Assembly: GCA_964486505.1 (NCBI GenBank)
Contig: CAZAMC010000003.1
Span: 139,120 to 203,119 of the forward strand
Length of the DNA: 64,000 nucleotides
Source of the DNA: an uncultured Gammaproteobacteria bacterium
Lineage (GTDB): Bacteria; Patescibacteriota; Patescibacteriia; PEXW01
Reading direction: 5' to 3'
Shown here: positions 1 to 9,638 of the stretch, one piece after another
Layout of the letters: every line of letters begins with the position of its first letter
How positions within the stretch are numbered: the first letter of the stretch is position 1
Made by a program: the position numbers and the translations under genes
The notes under the pieces: model-generated
Seen by the model: only the letters and a program-made list of their open reading frames with translations
The model's database searches: none
Told to the model about the DNA's origin: nothing

Positions 1-3000
1 CAGTGGTTTCAAAACTCTCCACCACCGGGCCGCTAGCCGCGGCTTTCAGCCGGACTTTTACGGACGTGGCGGTGGCCGACGACACGTTGAACCGAATCCC
101 CGCGTGCACCAAGGTGATAGCATCATTCGTACCAATACCTGCGTTCGCCGCGGTCTCAAAATTATTGTCTTCGGTTTGGTTCAGCGTGGAGGAGCCCACC
201 GCATCGGTAGCGTCATTGGGTGTCACTTCATCTACGCACGTGTAATCCACGGCAACGCAGGAAATGCTCACTGCCCAGGCTGTGTTATCACCCGTGGCGT
301 TCGGCTGCATGGCCACCACCGACCCGGGCCCAGGGTAGGAATTCTGGGTCGCACCCAAGCCTTGGTTCAGCGCCGCGTCATCCCAGTACATGTCGGCAGT
401 AGTACTGGTCGTTACCGCCCCCAGCAGCAAACTCTTCACCCCGTTGTCATGGTTCACCGTACCTGAGGCAAACTCCTGATTATCAATGCGAGCGGCAAGT
501 GCAGTGGAGCCTATAGTCGTTGTGTCCACCTTGAGCTCCAACATGTACCACGTATTCGTCGCAATCACCCGGCTAGAGTCTGAACCAACTTGAATTGGCG
601 TACCGCCCGTGCCTTCTTCATCCCAGAGCTCCAAAGTATTGTTGGCGTTGTCATACCGAATACTCGCTTGGTCCGTCCCCGCATTATCTCGGAAGACCAT
701 GATCTTCGTATTGGAATTGGGACGAGTAGCCATGCGCACGTAGGCCCGGGCGTAGAAGTCATCCGTCACATCCCCCGTTCCAAAGTCATTGCTCATTGCC
801 ATGAGGGCACCGGAGGGGTTTGTACGCAAACTTGCAGCCCCGGAACGAAAGGTGCCCGCGGTAGTGCTAATAGCTGGGTTGGTTCCCGCATTCGTGGTGT
901 ATTCAACCCCCGCCGTCACGCTTTGCAGCTCAAAACCGCTGGTCCACAGCCGCCCACCTTCTGCCGGAATGTACTCCACCTCCACCCAAATGGTGTCCAC
1001 GTTCATCACCGGGCTGCAGTCCGTACTGGCAAGACGCACTTGGGCACTATTCACACCCGTGGGCGTCCAGGGTGCCACGGTTGCGCCGGGCTGGTCGTAC
1101 GAAATCATCCCCGTAGTCACGGCACCCGTGGCATCGACGGTGGTCGTCACGTTGCGCGGTGAAGAGTCATCGTTCATGTAGAACGTGGTGTTGTTGTTCT
1201 GAAACGTTACCACAGTAGCGGTATTAAAGGTTGTGCCATCACCTATAACCAGACTGTAATTTCTCCCGAGTGTAGACGAGCCGGCGCCTGCTCGGGCCAT
1301 GGCCATCATCAGGCGAATTTCGTCATTCGCATCAATCCCGCTCGACGTCGCGTCGGTGAGGGTGTAGTCCTCGGTCTGTGAGCCACTACAGGAAACGTAG
1401 AGATCGGTCTGGCTGTTCGTGGTTTCGGGAACCACTTCATCCACACTCTGGTAATCCGCCACACAGCCGGCGCCCGTGCAGTTTGGCCACGCGGTATTCG
1501 TACCGTTGCCGTTCGGGCGCAGGTACACAATGCTCCCTGGGCCCGGGTACCCTTCGCCGGCCACGGAGTTTGTGGAATCCACGTTAATAGCAAAATCGTC
1601 AAGGAACATATCGGCGGAAGTCGAGGTGGTAATAATCCCCGCCTGAAGGGTCATGATGCCGTTCACCCAGTTTCGATTCGTGGAGCTCGCAAACTCAACC
1701 CCATCCAGACGGGCCGCCAAGATGGTATTGCCAGAGGAGCCCGTGCCAAAGTCTACGCGCATTTCTACCCGATACCAGGTATTCGTTGCAATGATTGCGG
1801 AATTCGATCCCACTTGCTCAGCTACGCCATTCGATAAGGTGCCATCGTCATCCCAGAGCTGCAAGACATTACTACTCGACACGAAGCGGACACTAGCCTG
1901 AGTCGAGGGCCCAGAGTCATTGATGGCAATGAGCGTAGTGTTCCCCGCGGGCAATGTGGCAAAACGCATGTACACCCGGAAGTACGTTCCGGTTGCATCG
2001 TTCGACGCGCGGAAATTGTAGCTCATGCCCTGCGTGCTGCTCGAAGGATTGGCACGCAGCGAGTAGGAGCCGCTCCGCACCGTGGTGCCGCTCACCGTGG
2101 GGGAATTCACGTTCGCCGTGTACTCATTGTCCGCGGCTGGCGTGCTCGTGGCGGCTTCCGAACTCTCAAAGCCAGTCATCCATAGCCGAGTTGGCGCCGC
2201 CGCACCAATGGCGTCCGACGCAATCTGCCACTGCCGGCTCTCTTGCACGTCACCAACCTGCAGCGGCCCCAGGCGGAAGAGCTCTGGGCTTATGTCCGGC
2301 GCATCGTACCGGTAGGTTAGCGTCTTCAAGGTGTGATCGGGAATGTCCACCTGCCAGCGAATGGTGGTGCGCTGCTGCCCCTTAATCACCGTGCCGCCGT
2401 CGCTCACTTTGAGAATAGTAAAGGAGGGCGGCACGTATTCTTCCACCGTTCCACGGTACTGCTGCTGGGGCCGCACATCCACCGCCATGGTGTACTGCGC
2501 GGGCGGAAAAATACGCATGCTCCCCCGACGGCCAATGGCAATGGGAATGACCGCGTCCACCACAACGGCGTCCGAAATAGTGTACTCTCCTTCCTGTGTT
2601 TTGGCGGTGAGCGTAACGGTATAGGTTCCCTCATCAAAGGTTTCGTACTCCGCACTGTAGTCGGCAACGTCAGTAACGTTGTCTGGCCCACACGTCGTGG
2701 AACGTTGCACGCCGTCCTCCTGCTCGGTAGTGAGCACTTTTTCAGAACCGTCAGGCGCCACGATACGCAGGGTCAAACTGGCATCGCACACTGTGTGGCC
2801 TTCGGCGTTCACCACGCCCATGCCAAAACTCACCGTCTCTCCCGGCCAGTACACAGACTTATCCATGTTAATCACCAGCACGCCCCACAAGAATTCGCTG
2901 GTGACAATCGCTTCCTTGTTCCCCTCCACAACCGTCAGCTCGGTTGTGTACATGCCGGGTTTGGAAAAACCGTCGGTGTGAATGGCGTACTTGGCCACCA

Positions 3001-4057
3001 CGCCCTTGCTGGTCTGCACGTTCGTAACGTCGTACGTCGCCGCCATAACTTTTCCGTCCGGCCCCGTAACCGCAACGCTCTCCACCGTGCGCGCGGTGTC
3101 TTTCACCCCCAGGAATTTTAGCCGCGAAGGCTTGCTCACCTGCACGCTCACCACCGGCTCATCCGTGGGCTTCACAATCTGCTTATCAATGCTCACCGCG
3201 TCTTTCGGTAGTACCAGAGATTCGCGCTTCACCGTTGGTTTGGCGCCAGCTTCCACTGTAAAACCATCTACGTACACGGCAACACTCGTGTCGGAGGGTA
3301 CGGTAACAAACCGCGCCCGCACCTGCAGCGTGCTCAGCGCATCCCGCGTGAGGGTGGGGAAGGGGAAGCGCCAGTACCCACCGTGGGAAACGTTGCTCAC
3401 ATCTTCGGTGAGGAAAAAAGAGTCCAGCTTTGTCCACTGCTGGCCGTCGAGGCTGGATTCCAAAACAAATGCATCTTCACTGGCCGCATTCCCCTGGGCC
3501 GCCAGCGACACGACGAGCGTGGGATTTGTAAAGTCGGCCTCGGCTGGAAACTCTTCCGGCAAAGAAAAACCTTTACACTTGAGCAAAGGGTCAACGCTTG
3601 ATGCATCCCCAGGCTTCCGGCTAGCCACCGTTGCAGAAATGTCAGCCGTGGGTACGCCGTTACTCAGGACATCAAGGTTCGTCGCACGGTCGGCATTTTC
3701 CCAGCCCGAACAGGCCGCGGGCTGAGCGCGGTAGGCAGCGGTACCGGATGACTGTGCGCGCCCGGTAAGGGCAATGCCCGCAATGAGGAGCAGACTCAGG
3801 AGCCCCGCGGACGTGACCAGGGAATGCCGGAAAAAACGTTGGACACGATTGGCGGCCAAAAGCGCAGCGTGGCGGGCGCGCTTCCGCACACGGGTGGGCC
3901 GGGGACCAACCCGCCCTGGTTTTTTTGTCTGGCTAGCGGCACCACGCACCGATGCCGATACGCCCGACACTCGACGACGCGAAACTGACGATCGGCTGCT
4001 TCGTAAGCCAAACGGTTTTGCTTTGGTATACCGCGTGCGAGATTTTGATGAAGGCAT
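1..4057 (-). CDS. Giant cell-surface protein (partial; C-terminus lies beyond left window edge): N-terminal basic tail + single TM anchor, >1300 aa extracellular beta-rich domains, lectin/LamG-like C-terminal region
   Basis: Minus-strand frame is open from 4057 to position 1 and is missing from the ORF track because it has no in-window stop. ATG at 4057-4055 is preceded by AAGGAGG (4062-4068). N-terminus reads MPSSKSRTRYTKAKPFGLRSS...RFFRHSLVTSAGLLSLLLIAGIALTG (TM helix), then long S/T/G/V-rich extracellular sequence ending ...NTWYRVEMRVDFGTGSSGNTILAARLDGVEF... The overlapping plus-strand ORFs (590..1162, 2333..3121, 2982..3725) are S/T/R-rich antisense artefacts. Confidence 0.6.
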   Translation of the reverse strand, partial: MPSSKSRTRYTKAKPFGLRSSRSSVSRRRVSGVSASVRGAASQTKKPGRVGPRPTRVRKRARHAALLAANRVQRFFRHSLVTSAGLLSLLLIAGIALTGRAQSSGTAAYRAQPAACSGWENADRATNLDVLSNGVPTADISATVASRKPGDASSVDPLLKCKGFSLPEEFPAEADFTNPTLVVSLAAQGNAASEDAFVLESSLDGQQWTKLDSFFLTEDVSNVSHGGYWRFPFPTLTRDALSTLQVRARFVTVPSDTSVAVYVDGFTVEAGAKPTVKRESLVLPKDAVSIDKQIVKPTDEPVVSVQVSKPSRLKFLGVKDTARTVESVAVTGPDGKVMAATYDVTNVQTSKGVVAKYAIHTDGFSKPGMYTTELTVVEGNKEAIVTSEFLWGVLVINMDKSVYWPGETVSFGMGVVNAEGHTVCDASLTLRIVAPDGSEKVLTTEQEDGVQRSTTCGPDNVTDVADYSAEYETFDEGTYTVTLTAKTQEGEYTISDAVVVDAVIPIAIGRRGSMRIFPPAQYTMAVDVRPQQQYRGTVEEYVPPSFTILKVSDGGTVIKGQQRTTIRWQVDIPDHTLKTLTYRYDAPDISPELFRLGPLQVGDVQESRQWQIASDAIGAAAPTRLWMTGFESSEAATSTPAADNEYTANVNSPTVSGTTVRSGSYSLRANPSSSTQGMSYNFRASNDATGTYFRVYMRFATLPAGNTTLIAINDSGPSTQASVRFVSSSNVLQLWDDDGTLSNGVAEQVGSNSAIIATNTWYRVEMRVDFGTGSSGNTILAARLDGVEFASSTNRNWVNGIMTLQAGIITTSTSADMFLDDFAINVDSTNSVAGEGYPGPGSIVYLRPNGNGTNTAWPNCTGAGCVADYQSVDEVVPETTNSQTDLYVSCSGSQTEDYTLTDATSSGIDANDEIRLMMAMARAGAGSSTLGRNYSLVIGDGTTFNTATVVTFQNNNTTFYMNDDSSPRNVTTTVDATGAVTTGMISYDQPGATVAPWTPTGVNSAQVRLASTDCSPVMNVDTIWVEVEYIPAEGGRLWTSGFELQSVTAGVEYTTNAGTNPAISTTAGTFRSGAASLRTNPSGALMAMSNDFGTGDVTDDFYARAYVRMATRPNSNTKIMVFRDNAGTDQASIRYDNANNTLELWDEEGTGGTPIQVGSDSSRVIATNTWYMLELKVDTTTIGSTALAARIDNQEFASGTVNHDNGVKSLLLGAVTTSTTADMYWDDAALNQGLGATQNSYPGPGSVVAMQPNATGDNTAWAVSISCVAVDYTCVDEVTPNDATDAVGSSTLNQTEDNNFETAANAGIGTNDAITLVHAGIRFNVSSATATSVKVRLKAAASGPVVESFETT

Positions 4058-4134
4058 GGTCCTCCTTTTGCGCTCCTTCGGTGAGGTGCTGCACGCACTG
4101 CTGCGCCACCGAGCGAAGCAAAAAACTCCCTATC

Positions 4135-4163
4135 ATTATGCCAAAAAACGCGCGTATTCGCAA
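4135..4163 (-). promoter_or_regulatory. Putative sigma70 promoter with extended -10 for the giant surface-protein gene
   Basis: Minus strand reads TTGCGA (4163-4158), a 17-nt spacer, then TGGCATAAT (extended -10, 4143-4135); about 75 nt leader to the ATG at 4057. Confidence 0.4.
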
Positions 4164-4181
4164 CCCGCGTCATGTATATTT

Positions 4182-4595
4182 TTAGACGCTGGAATTTCCA
4201 GGATGTGCCATCAGCCGCCGTGCCACCATAATGCACGTTCCAGCATCATTCATGATTAGTCCGTGCCGCGCAACCTGCTTGATGATGTCTGCCGATTCCG
4301 CGCCCGGCTGGAACCACATTTTCTGAATGCCCAGGCGTGCGGCTTGCTCCACTACCTGCAACCCCACCGCGGCGGGCACAACGACAATGACGACATCCGG
4401 TTTCCACGGTAGCGAGCCAAGATCGGGGTAGCAGGGAATGCCAGCGACCTCTCTGTACTTTGGATTTACCCCAACCACGGGCATGCCCGCGCCGTGTAAG
4501 TCCTGCAAGACGCGAAACCCATACTTCGATGTGTTGGTCGTGGCGCCGACCACCGCGTACCGGTAACCTGGTTGGAGGAATGCTTGCGCATCCAT
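4182..4595 (-). CDS. CoA-binding domain protein (YccU/YneT family)
   Basis: 137-aa ORF with YRYAVVGATTNTSKYGFRVLQDL...VVIVVVPAAVG, the Rossmann-like CoA_binding_2 pattern. Confidence 0.7.
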   Translation of the reverse strand: MDAQAFLQPGYRYAVVGATTNTSKYGFRVLQDLHGAGMPVVGVNPKYREVAGIPCYPDLGSLPWKPDVVIVVVPAAVGLQVVEQAARLGIQKMWFQPGAESADIIKQVARHGLIMNDAGTCIMVARRLMAHPGNSSV

Positions 4596-4648
4596 AGGCT
4601 TATCGGGTACTATCTGAACTACGTAGCGTAGTATACCTTGTTTTTCCT

Positions 4649-5176
4649 ATGCCTACACCCACCGCGCACGTCGCCACAAAGACGTACCAGACCCAACATC
4701 GACAAGAGTTCATCACGATTACCAAAGACGTCGAAGCGGCGATTGCGGCCTCGGGCGTACACACCGGCACGATTACCATCCAGTCGCACCACACCACGGC
4801 GAGCATTTGGGTAAACGAGGATGAGAAGAATCTCATTGGCCCCCACGAAAAACTCGGATACACACCCGACCTCTCTCGGGTGCTGGATAGGTTTGCGGAT
4901 CCGGAAGAAGACTACGGGCACAACGACGTCCGCGACGTAAATAACCCCAAAGGCAAGCGCGACACGCACCTGTGCACGCCCGACTCCTGCGGCGTGGTGC
5001 ACGAGTGCATCAACGGCCACGCGCATGCCCAGGCGATGATTCTGCCGTGCTCTGTAACAATGGTTGTCGCTGAGGGTAAACTGGTGAAAGGTATTTGGCA
5101 GCAAGTCATGCTGGTGGAGCTGGACCACGACCGCGAGCGCACGGTAACGTTCCTCGTACAAGGAGTAAGTAAGTAA
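4649..5176 (+). CDS. yjbQ: YjbQ/UPF0047 family protein (secondary thiamine-phosphate synthase-like)
   Basis: Matches the YjbQ pattern: ...GTITIQSHHTTASIWVNEDE...Y.HND......KGKRDTHLC..., GKLVKGIWQQVMLVELD, ~175 aa. The overlapping minus ORF 4619..5254 is rejected. Confidence 0.75.
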   Translation: MPTPTAHVATKTYQTQHRQEFITITKDVEAAIAASGVHTGTITIQSHHTTASIWVNEDEKNLIGPHEKLGYTPDLSRVLDRFADPEEDYGHNDVRDVNNPKGKRDTHLCTPDSCGVVHECINGHAHAQAMILPCSVTMVVAEGKLVKGIWQQVMLVELDHDRERTVTFLVQGVSK

Positions 5177-5211
5177 AAGAAAACGGCCGTTCGAATACGA
5201 GCGACCGTTGT

Positions 5212-5796
5212 TTACATTTGCTTCTCTCTCATTCGCAGGAGCCACCGAAGCCACCAGCGGTAGTCCTTGTCTTCCTTGAGGGCGAGATGCCCAACAATGC
5301 TACCAATTGCAAGGACGATGGCGAGCCACAACAGCCAGCTTGCCAGTGCTGGATTTCGCATAAACAGCAAGATGATTGCCGCGCCTTCGCTACAGAGCTT
5401 GGCTTTCCCAAACCAATTCGCGCCAAGTCGCCGTTTCACCCGAAAGAATGCGGCGATACCGGGCAACGCAGCGAGAACCACAGCAAAAGAAAGGACGAGG
5501 ATGAACTGCGGGGCGAGTTCTGGATACTTACTCTGAAACTGGTAGAGCAAGAACAGATGCAGGACCTTGTCGGCTAGCGGATCCAGCAGCTTACCAATGT
5601 CAGTCACTGCATCCAGCCAACGAGCAACCGCGCCATCCAAGTAGTCAGTGAACAGCGCGCCGCAGTACAACCAAAATGCCAAGCTATGATCATCCAGGTT
5701 CAAGGCCCACCACAACGGTAACACCGCGACCATGCGTGCAAATGAGAGGAGGTTTGGAATAAGGTACTTCCACTTCACCTTCACCTCCAATTTCAA
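5212..5796 (-). CDS. CDP-alcohol phosphatidyltransferase (PgsA-like)
   Basis: Carries the D-G-x2-A-R-x8-G-x3-D-x3-D motif (DYLDGAVARWLDAVTDIGKLLDPLADKV) in a multi-TM protein. Confidence 0.75.
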   Translation of the reverse strand: MKLEVKVKWKYLIPNLLSFARMVAVLPLWWALNLDDHSLAFWLYCGALFTDYLDGAVARWLDAVTDIGKLLDPLADKVLHLFLLYQFQSKYPELAPQFILVLSFAVVLAALPGIAAFFRVKRRLGANWFGKAKLCSEGAAIILLFMRNPALASWLLWLAIVLAIGSIVGHLALKEDKDYRWWLRWLLRMREKQM

Positions 5797-5846
5797 AGAT
5801 CTAGGATTGGTGGAATCCTAGGGACAAAAGCAGCCGTCGTCAACAA

Positions 5847-6845
5847 CTACTCGCCAGTGTACTTCCCCTGGTTGGCGGCAACGTTGGCCTGCAGTCGCTT
5901 CATAAACTCGGCCTGCGCGGCTGGGACATTTTCAGCTTTCCCCTTCCAGAGGTCGAGGGGTGGACCTTGCAGGGCGCGGGCGTAGGAGAAGCTAATCGTC
6001 CAGGGCCCCGGGTTTACCTTCGCAATTGCGTTGAGGTTCTCGGTAGCTTGCACTGCGGTCTGCCCACCCGAAAGAAAAACAATACCGGGGACTTCCGCGG
6101 GTACACTGGCGGTGAAACACCGAATCGTTGCCTCGGCGATCTGCTCGGGAGAGGCCTGCGAAGCGCAGGTTATGCCGCTTATGACCATGCTCGATTTCAA
6201 AATGACGCCAGCCAGGTCCACGCTGTGCGCCTGGAGCTGGTTGAAGACTTCTTTCAGGGTCTTCGTAGTTACGGTCTCGCTTATGGCTAGGGTATGGTCA
6301 CCATCAATGAGCACTTCGGGTTCCACGACCGGCACGATCCCGGCCTCCTGGCACAAAGCGGCGTAGCGAGCTAGGGCGTGCGCATTCGCCGTAATGCAGT
6401 AGTCCGTGGGCAAGCCGTTGCCAATGCTAATCACCGCGCGCCACTTCGCAAATTGCACCCCGTGGCTGGCGTAGTCCTTCAACCGCTCACGCAGTTTGTC
6501 TAAACCTTCTGTAACTTTTTCTCCGGGGAAGTTCGCCAGGGGGTGCGCGCCTTCGTCCACCTTAATACCCGGGGCAATGCCTTTCTGCTGCAGGAGGCGG
6601 ACGAACGGCGTGCCGTCATCGGCAGACTGGCCGAGCGTTTCGTGGTGCAAAATCACCCCGCTAATGCCGTGCTCAATGCCGGCCGCGGTAAAGAAAAGGT
6701 TACGGTACTGGCGCCGGTTCTCAGCCGTGTTTTCCAAACCTATGGTGGCTAAACGCTTGCCTGCAGTTGTGGTGCTCTCATCCGCAGCGAGGAAGCCCTT
6801 ATGATCAGCGAGGAGTTTCTTGGCGATGTCGTTGAGGTTGGGCAT
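5847..6845 (-). CDS. fba: Fructose-bisphosphate aldolase, class I
   Basis: 332 aa with IAKKLLADHKGFLAADESTTTAGKRL...IKVDEGAHPL...YARYAALCQEAGIVPVVEPEVLIDGDH...ILKSSMV...FLSGGQ, the class I (Schiff-base) FBA signature. Confidence 0.9.
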   Translation of the reverse strand: MPNLNDIAKKLLADHKGFLAADESTTTAGKRLATIGLENTAENRRQYRNLFFTAAGIEHGISGVILHHETLGQSADDGTPFVRLLQQKGIAPGIKVDEGAHPLANFPGEKVTEGLDKLRERLKDYASHGVQFAKWRAVISIGNGLPTDYCITANAHALARYAALCQEAGIVPVVEPEVLIDGDHTLAISETVTTKTLKEVFNQLQAHSVDLAGVILKSSMVISGITCASQASPEQIAEATIRCFTASVPAEVPGIVFLSGGQTAVQATENLNAIAKVNPGPWTISFSYARALQGPPLDLWKGKAENVPAAQAEFMKRLQANVAANQGKYTGE

Positions 6846-6848
6846 ACA

Positions 6849-7793
6849 TTATTTTTTAAAAGCGTCGTGGTGGGTGGTGATGTAGCGTAGTGTACCAGAC
6901 TGCCCCCGGAGCACCATGGAGTGGGTAATGACCCGATCGTTCTGAAACAGAACACCGGGCAGGAGCGGCCCCTCAATCACCCCCGTGCAGGTGAACGTGA
7001 GCTGCTCGCCTTTTGCCAAGTCAGCCGCGGCCCACACCTTGGTCGCGTCATGGCCGAAAGCCGTAAGCCGCTGTTCTTGCGTCTCACCCTTCGGCGCAAA
7101 GCGGCCAAGCAACTGGCCGCCCATAATTTTTATTGGCACTGCGGCGAGCACACCCTCGGTGCTCCCACCAATGCCCATGAGCGCATCAATTTCATTACCC
7201 GGGGTGCATGCCGCTATGGCGCCGGCAACATCACCATCGGTGATGAGGCGCACGCGTGCGCCGGCCCGCCGGATGTCCTGGATGAGCTGCTCGTGCCGCG
7301 GCCGATCCAGCACAATCACCGTCACCTCGCCCACATCTTTCCCTAAAGCTTTTGCTACCTTCTGGAGGTTGTCTGCAACTGGCGCGTCCAGATCAATGAC
7401 GCCTGCGGCCTCTTTTCCAACGGCAATCTTCTGCATGTACACGTCTGGCGCGGCGAGCAAACTTCCTTCTGCTCCCGCAGCAATGACGGCAATAGCGTTG
7501 TACCGACCGAACGCCACGCTATCTGTACATTCAAGTGGATCAATAGCCAAATCCATCCGCGGGCCGTTGCCGGCGCCAACGTCTTCACCATTGAAGAGCA
7601 TGGGCGCCTTGTCTTTCTCGCCTTCGCCAATCACCACTGTGCCGGTGAAAGCAATCTGGTTAAACCGGCTGCGCATCTGGTCCACTGCAGCTTGGTCAGC
7701 AGCTTTGTCGTCGCCCTTGCCAATCCACTTGGCGGCAGCAATAGCGGCAGCTTCGGTAACGCGGACGAATTCGAGGGCAAGGTTACGGTCCAT
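6849..7793 (-). CDS. glpX: Fructose-1,6-bisphosphatase class II (GlpX)
   Basis: Near full-length similarity to GlpX: LALEFVRVTEAAAIAAAKWIGKGDDKAADQAAVDQMR...VIGEGEKDKAPMLFNGE...DLAIDPLE...MGIGGSTEGVLAAV. Adjacent to fba, forming a gluconeogenic pair. Confidence 0.9.
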   Translation of the reverse strand: MDRNLALEFVRVTEAAAIAAAKWIGKGDDKAADQAAVDQMRSRFNQIAFTGTVVIGEGEKDKAPMLFNGEDVGAGNGPRMDLAIDPLECTDSVAFGRYNAIAVIAAGAEGSLLAAPDVYMQKIAVGKEAAGVIDLDAPVADNLQKVAKALGKDVGEVTVIVLDRPRHEQLIQDIRRAGARVRLITDGDVAGAIAACTPGNEIDALMGIGGSTEGVLAAVPIKIMGGQLLGRFAPKGETQEQRLTAFGHDATKVWAAADLAKGEQLTFTCTGVIEGPLLPGVLFQNDRVITHSMVLRGQSGTLRYITTHHDAFKK

Positions 7794-7858
7794 TAATGTA
7801 TTCTACCCACCTTGACCCCCAAGGGAAAGCGCCCTAGAGTTGCGGCACGAAAACGTAC

Positions 7859-8755
7859 ATGAAAAAAGGAGAAGCTGTGTACACCATTCAGTACGACGAC
7901 ATTCCCTGCTGGTACGAATTGGGCTGGCAGAACCAACCGCCAGCGCTGATTGTGCGCCTGCATAAGGAGATTATCCCGAGCACCCTCTGGCCTGCCGCTG
8001 ATAGCCCGCCCATCCTCGACTTTCAGAAAACCTACGGTTTCAAGAACTTCGAAGTGCAGCTGGAACAGGGGTTCGGGTTTGAACGGGCGTTCACGTTTGT
8101 AGAGCAAGACGCTCACTGGCTCACCCTCCGCGGAGATATCCCAACAATGATCGCGGGAAGCACGACCTGCAGTGAGTGTAACGGAACGGGGACACGCGAA
8201 ATATTCGAAGATACGTGCCCGCGGTGCAAGGGAAGCAAAAAGATGCGCGTAATCAGCTGGCACAAGCTCAATGCGCTTTCCGCGTCGTGCGCTGTCCTCT
8301 TCGGCTACCCGCTGTTCATGTTCCAGGGTAAGACTTCTGCCCACCAGCCGCAATTGCTCACACTCGAGTGCATCCTGCAGTCAGGATGGCATGGTGCCTC
8401 CATGGGTGGGCACATTAGTAAGGCGCTGGCCTTGTGGTGCAAGGCACGTGGCAATGACGTGCTGGATGAACCCACACTGGCAATGCGCACCGCCCTCCGG
8501 CGCCTGCAGGGGAAGCTCGACAAGTACGACGAACGTGAGACGTACCTGCGCATTGACCAAGGCAACATCTTCGCTACGTGCCCGGGCAATGCCACGCAAA
8601 TCCACCCCGCCAGTGGGTACATTGAGAACGTCCAGGAAGGCTTCGAGCTTGGTTGCCATAACCTCGACAGTGCCTGGCAACAGCTAACCTTCTTCGCTGG
8701 CCTCGCCAGCCTACATGACCTTGCTCGTTCGGAAATGCAAAAGCCGTCCGCCTAA
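7859..8755 (+). CDS. Hypothetical protein with DnaJ-like Cys-rich zinc-ribbon (CSECNGTGT...CPRCKGSK)
   Basis: 298-aa ORF with no recognised family. The real start is possibly GTG at 7877 (AAGGAG, 5 nt, then GTG). A CxxCxGxG-x13-CxxCxGxK motif sits at residues ~103-127. The stop lies inside the terminator hairpin. Confidence 0.6.
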   Translation: MKKGEAVYTIQYDDIPCWYELGWQNQPPALIVRLHKEIIPSTLWPAADSPPILDFQKTYGFKNFEVQLEQGFGFERAFTFVEQDAHWLTLRGDIPTMIAGSTTCSECNGTGTREIFEDTCPRCKGSKKMRVISWHKLNALSASCAVLFGYPLFMFQGKTSAHQPQLLTLECILQSGWHGASMGGHISKALALWCKARGNDVLDEPTLAMRTALRRLQGKLDKYDERETYLRIDQGNIFATCPGNATQIHPASGYIENVQEGFELGCHNLDSAWQQLTFFAGLASLHDLARSEMQKPSA

Positions 8756-8770
8756 TTGGACGGCTTTTTC
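8738..8770 (+). terminator. Rho-independent terminator
   Basis: GCCGTCC / GGACGGC stem (8743-8749 / 8758-8764) followed by TTTTT. Confidence 0.5.
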
Positions 8771-8841
8771 TATTGACGGACGCAGTGGGGCGACGTAAGC
8801 TGCACTGAAAATTGAACATGAACAAATGGAAAGGAGACCAT

Positions 8842-9612
8842 ATGAAATGGCCACGAGAGCTCACGCTCATCCGTCACGATACCTCGACCTTCAATGCGTC
8901 GAAAGTCGCAAAGGAGACCGATGAACTCTACCTTCGTTTCCGCAACGCATTCGAGGCAAACCCGGACAGTGAAGAAACTCACGAGCTCGCCCTGCAGGTG
9001 CACGAGAAGTTCAAACCAACAGTCGGTGACTGGAACACGCCGCTGTGGGATGGCGAAAGCCCAAACGCCAGCACGGTGGGCGCGAACCTCGTAGAGCACA
9101 TTGGCCGGCCGGACGTTATCTTCGTCTCACCGTACATTCGTACACAAGCCACGTTAGCCGGCCTCACCCGTGGCTGGCCCGAGCTCGGCACCGTGCGGAC
9201 GTACGTGGATGACCGACTCCGTGAGCAAGAGCACGGCTTGGCAAACTTGTATGGCGACTGGCGGGTATTCCACGCCCTGCATCCCGAGCAGCGGGCCCTC
9301 TACACCATGCACAAGCGGTACTTCTACTGCTTCCCGCAGGGTGAGAGCGTCCCCAACGTCCGCGAACGCATTGCCCTGTGGCTGAACACCATCACCCGCG
9401 ACTTCGCGGACAAACGCATCCTGGTGGTCACCCACCACCTCACCATCCTGTCTATCCGCGCCAGCCTGGAACGCCTGAGCTTTGAACAGTTCATCGAACT
9501 CGATGAACATGAAAAACCCATCAACTGTGGCGTAACCATCTACCGTGGCTACCCCAATATGGGCAGCGATGGCCGCCTCATCCTGGACCAGTACAACGTA
9601 AAGCTGTACTAG
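8842..9612 (+). CDS. Histidine phosphatase superfamily protein (phosphoglycerate-mutase-like)
   Basis: N-terminal LTLIRHDTS (an RHG-type motif variant) and ...VVTHHLTI... RBS AAAGGAGA lies 5 nt upstream of the ATG at 8842; the track start at 8812 lacks an RBS. Confidence 0.65.
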   Translation: MKWPRELTLIRHDTSTFNASKVAKETDELYLRFRNAFEANPDSEETHELALQVHEKFKPTVGDWNTPLWDGESPNASTVGANLVEHIGRPDVIFVSPYIRTQATLAGLTRGWPELGTVRTYVDDRLREQEHGLANLYGDWRVFHALHPEQRALYTMHKRYFYCFPQGESVPNVRERIALWLNTITRDFADKRILVVTHHLTILSIRASLERLSFEQFIELDEHEKPINCGVTIYRGYPNMGSDGRLILDQYNVKLY

Positions 9613-9638
9613 AACCCCACCACCACATTGTCCTCTAC

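Noticed and set aside
590-3725. Plus-strand ORFs 590..1162, 789..1181, 2333..3121, 2679..2981, 2982..3725 and the minus-strand fragments in the same span
   Set aside because: S/T/R/A-rich, low-complexity translations typical of antisense or out-of-frame reading of a high-GC gene; no RBS. The real gene is the minus-strand frame open from 4057 to the window edge.
3774-4259. ORFs 3774..4259 (+) and 3796..4236 (-)
   Set aside because: They overlap the N-terminus, RBS and promoter of the giant surface-protein gene; composition is not protein-like.
4619-5254. Minus-strand 211-aa ORF
   Set aside because: It overlaps yjbQ on the opposite strand and pgsA in another frame; Arg/Val-rich antisense artefact.
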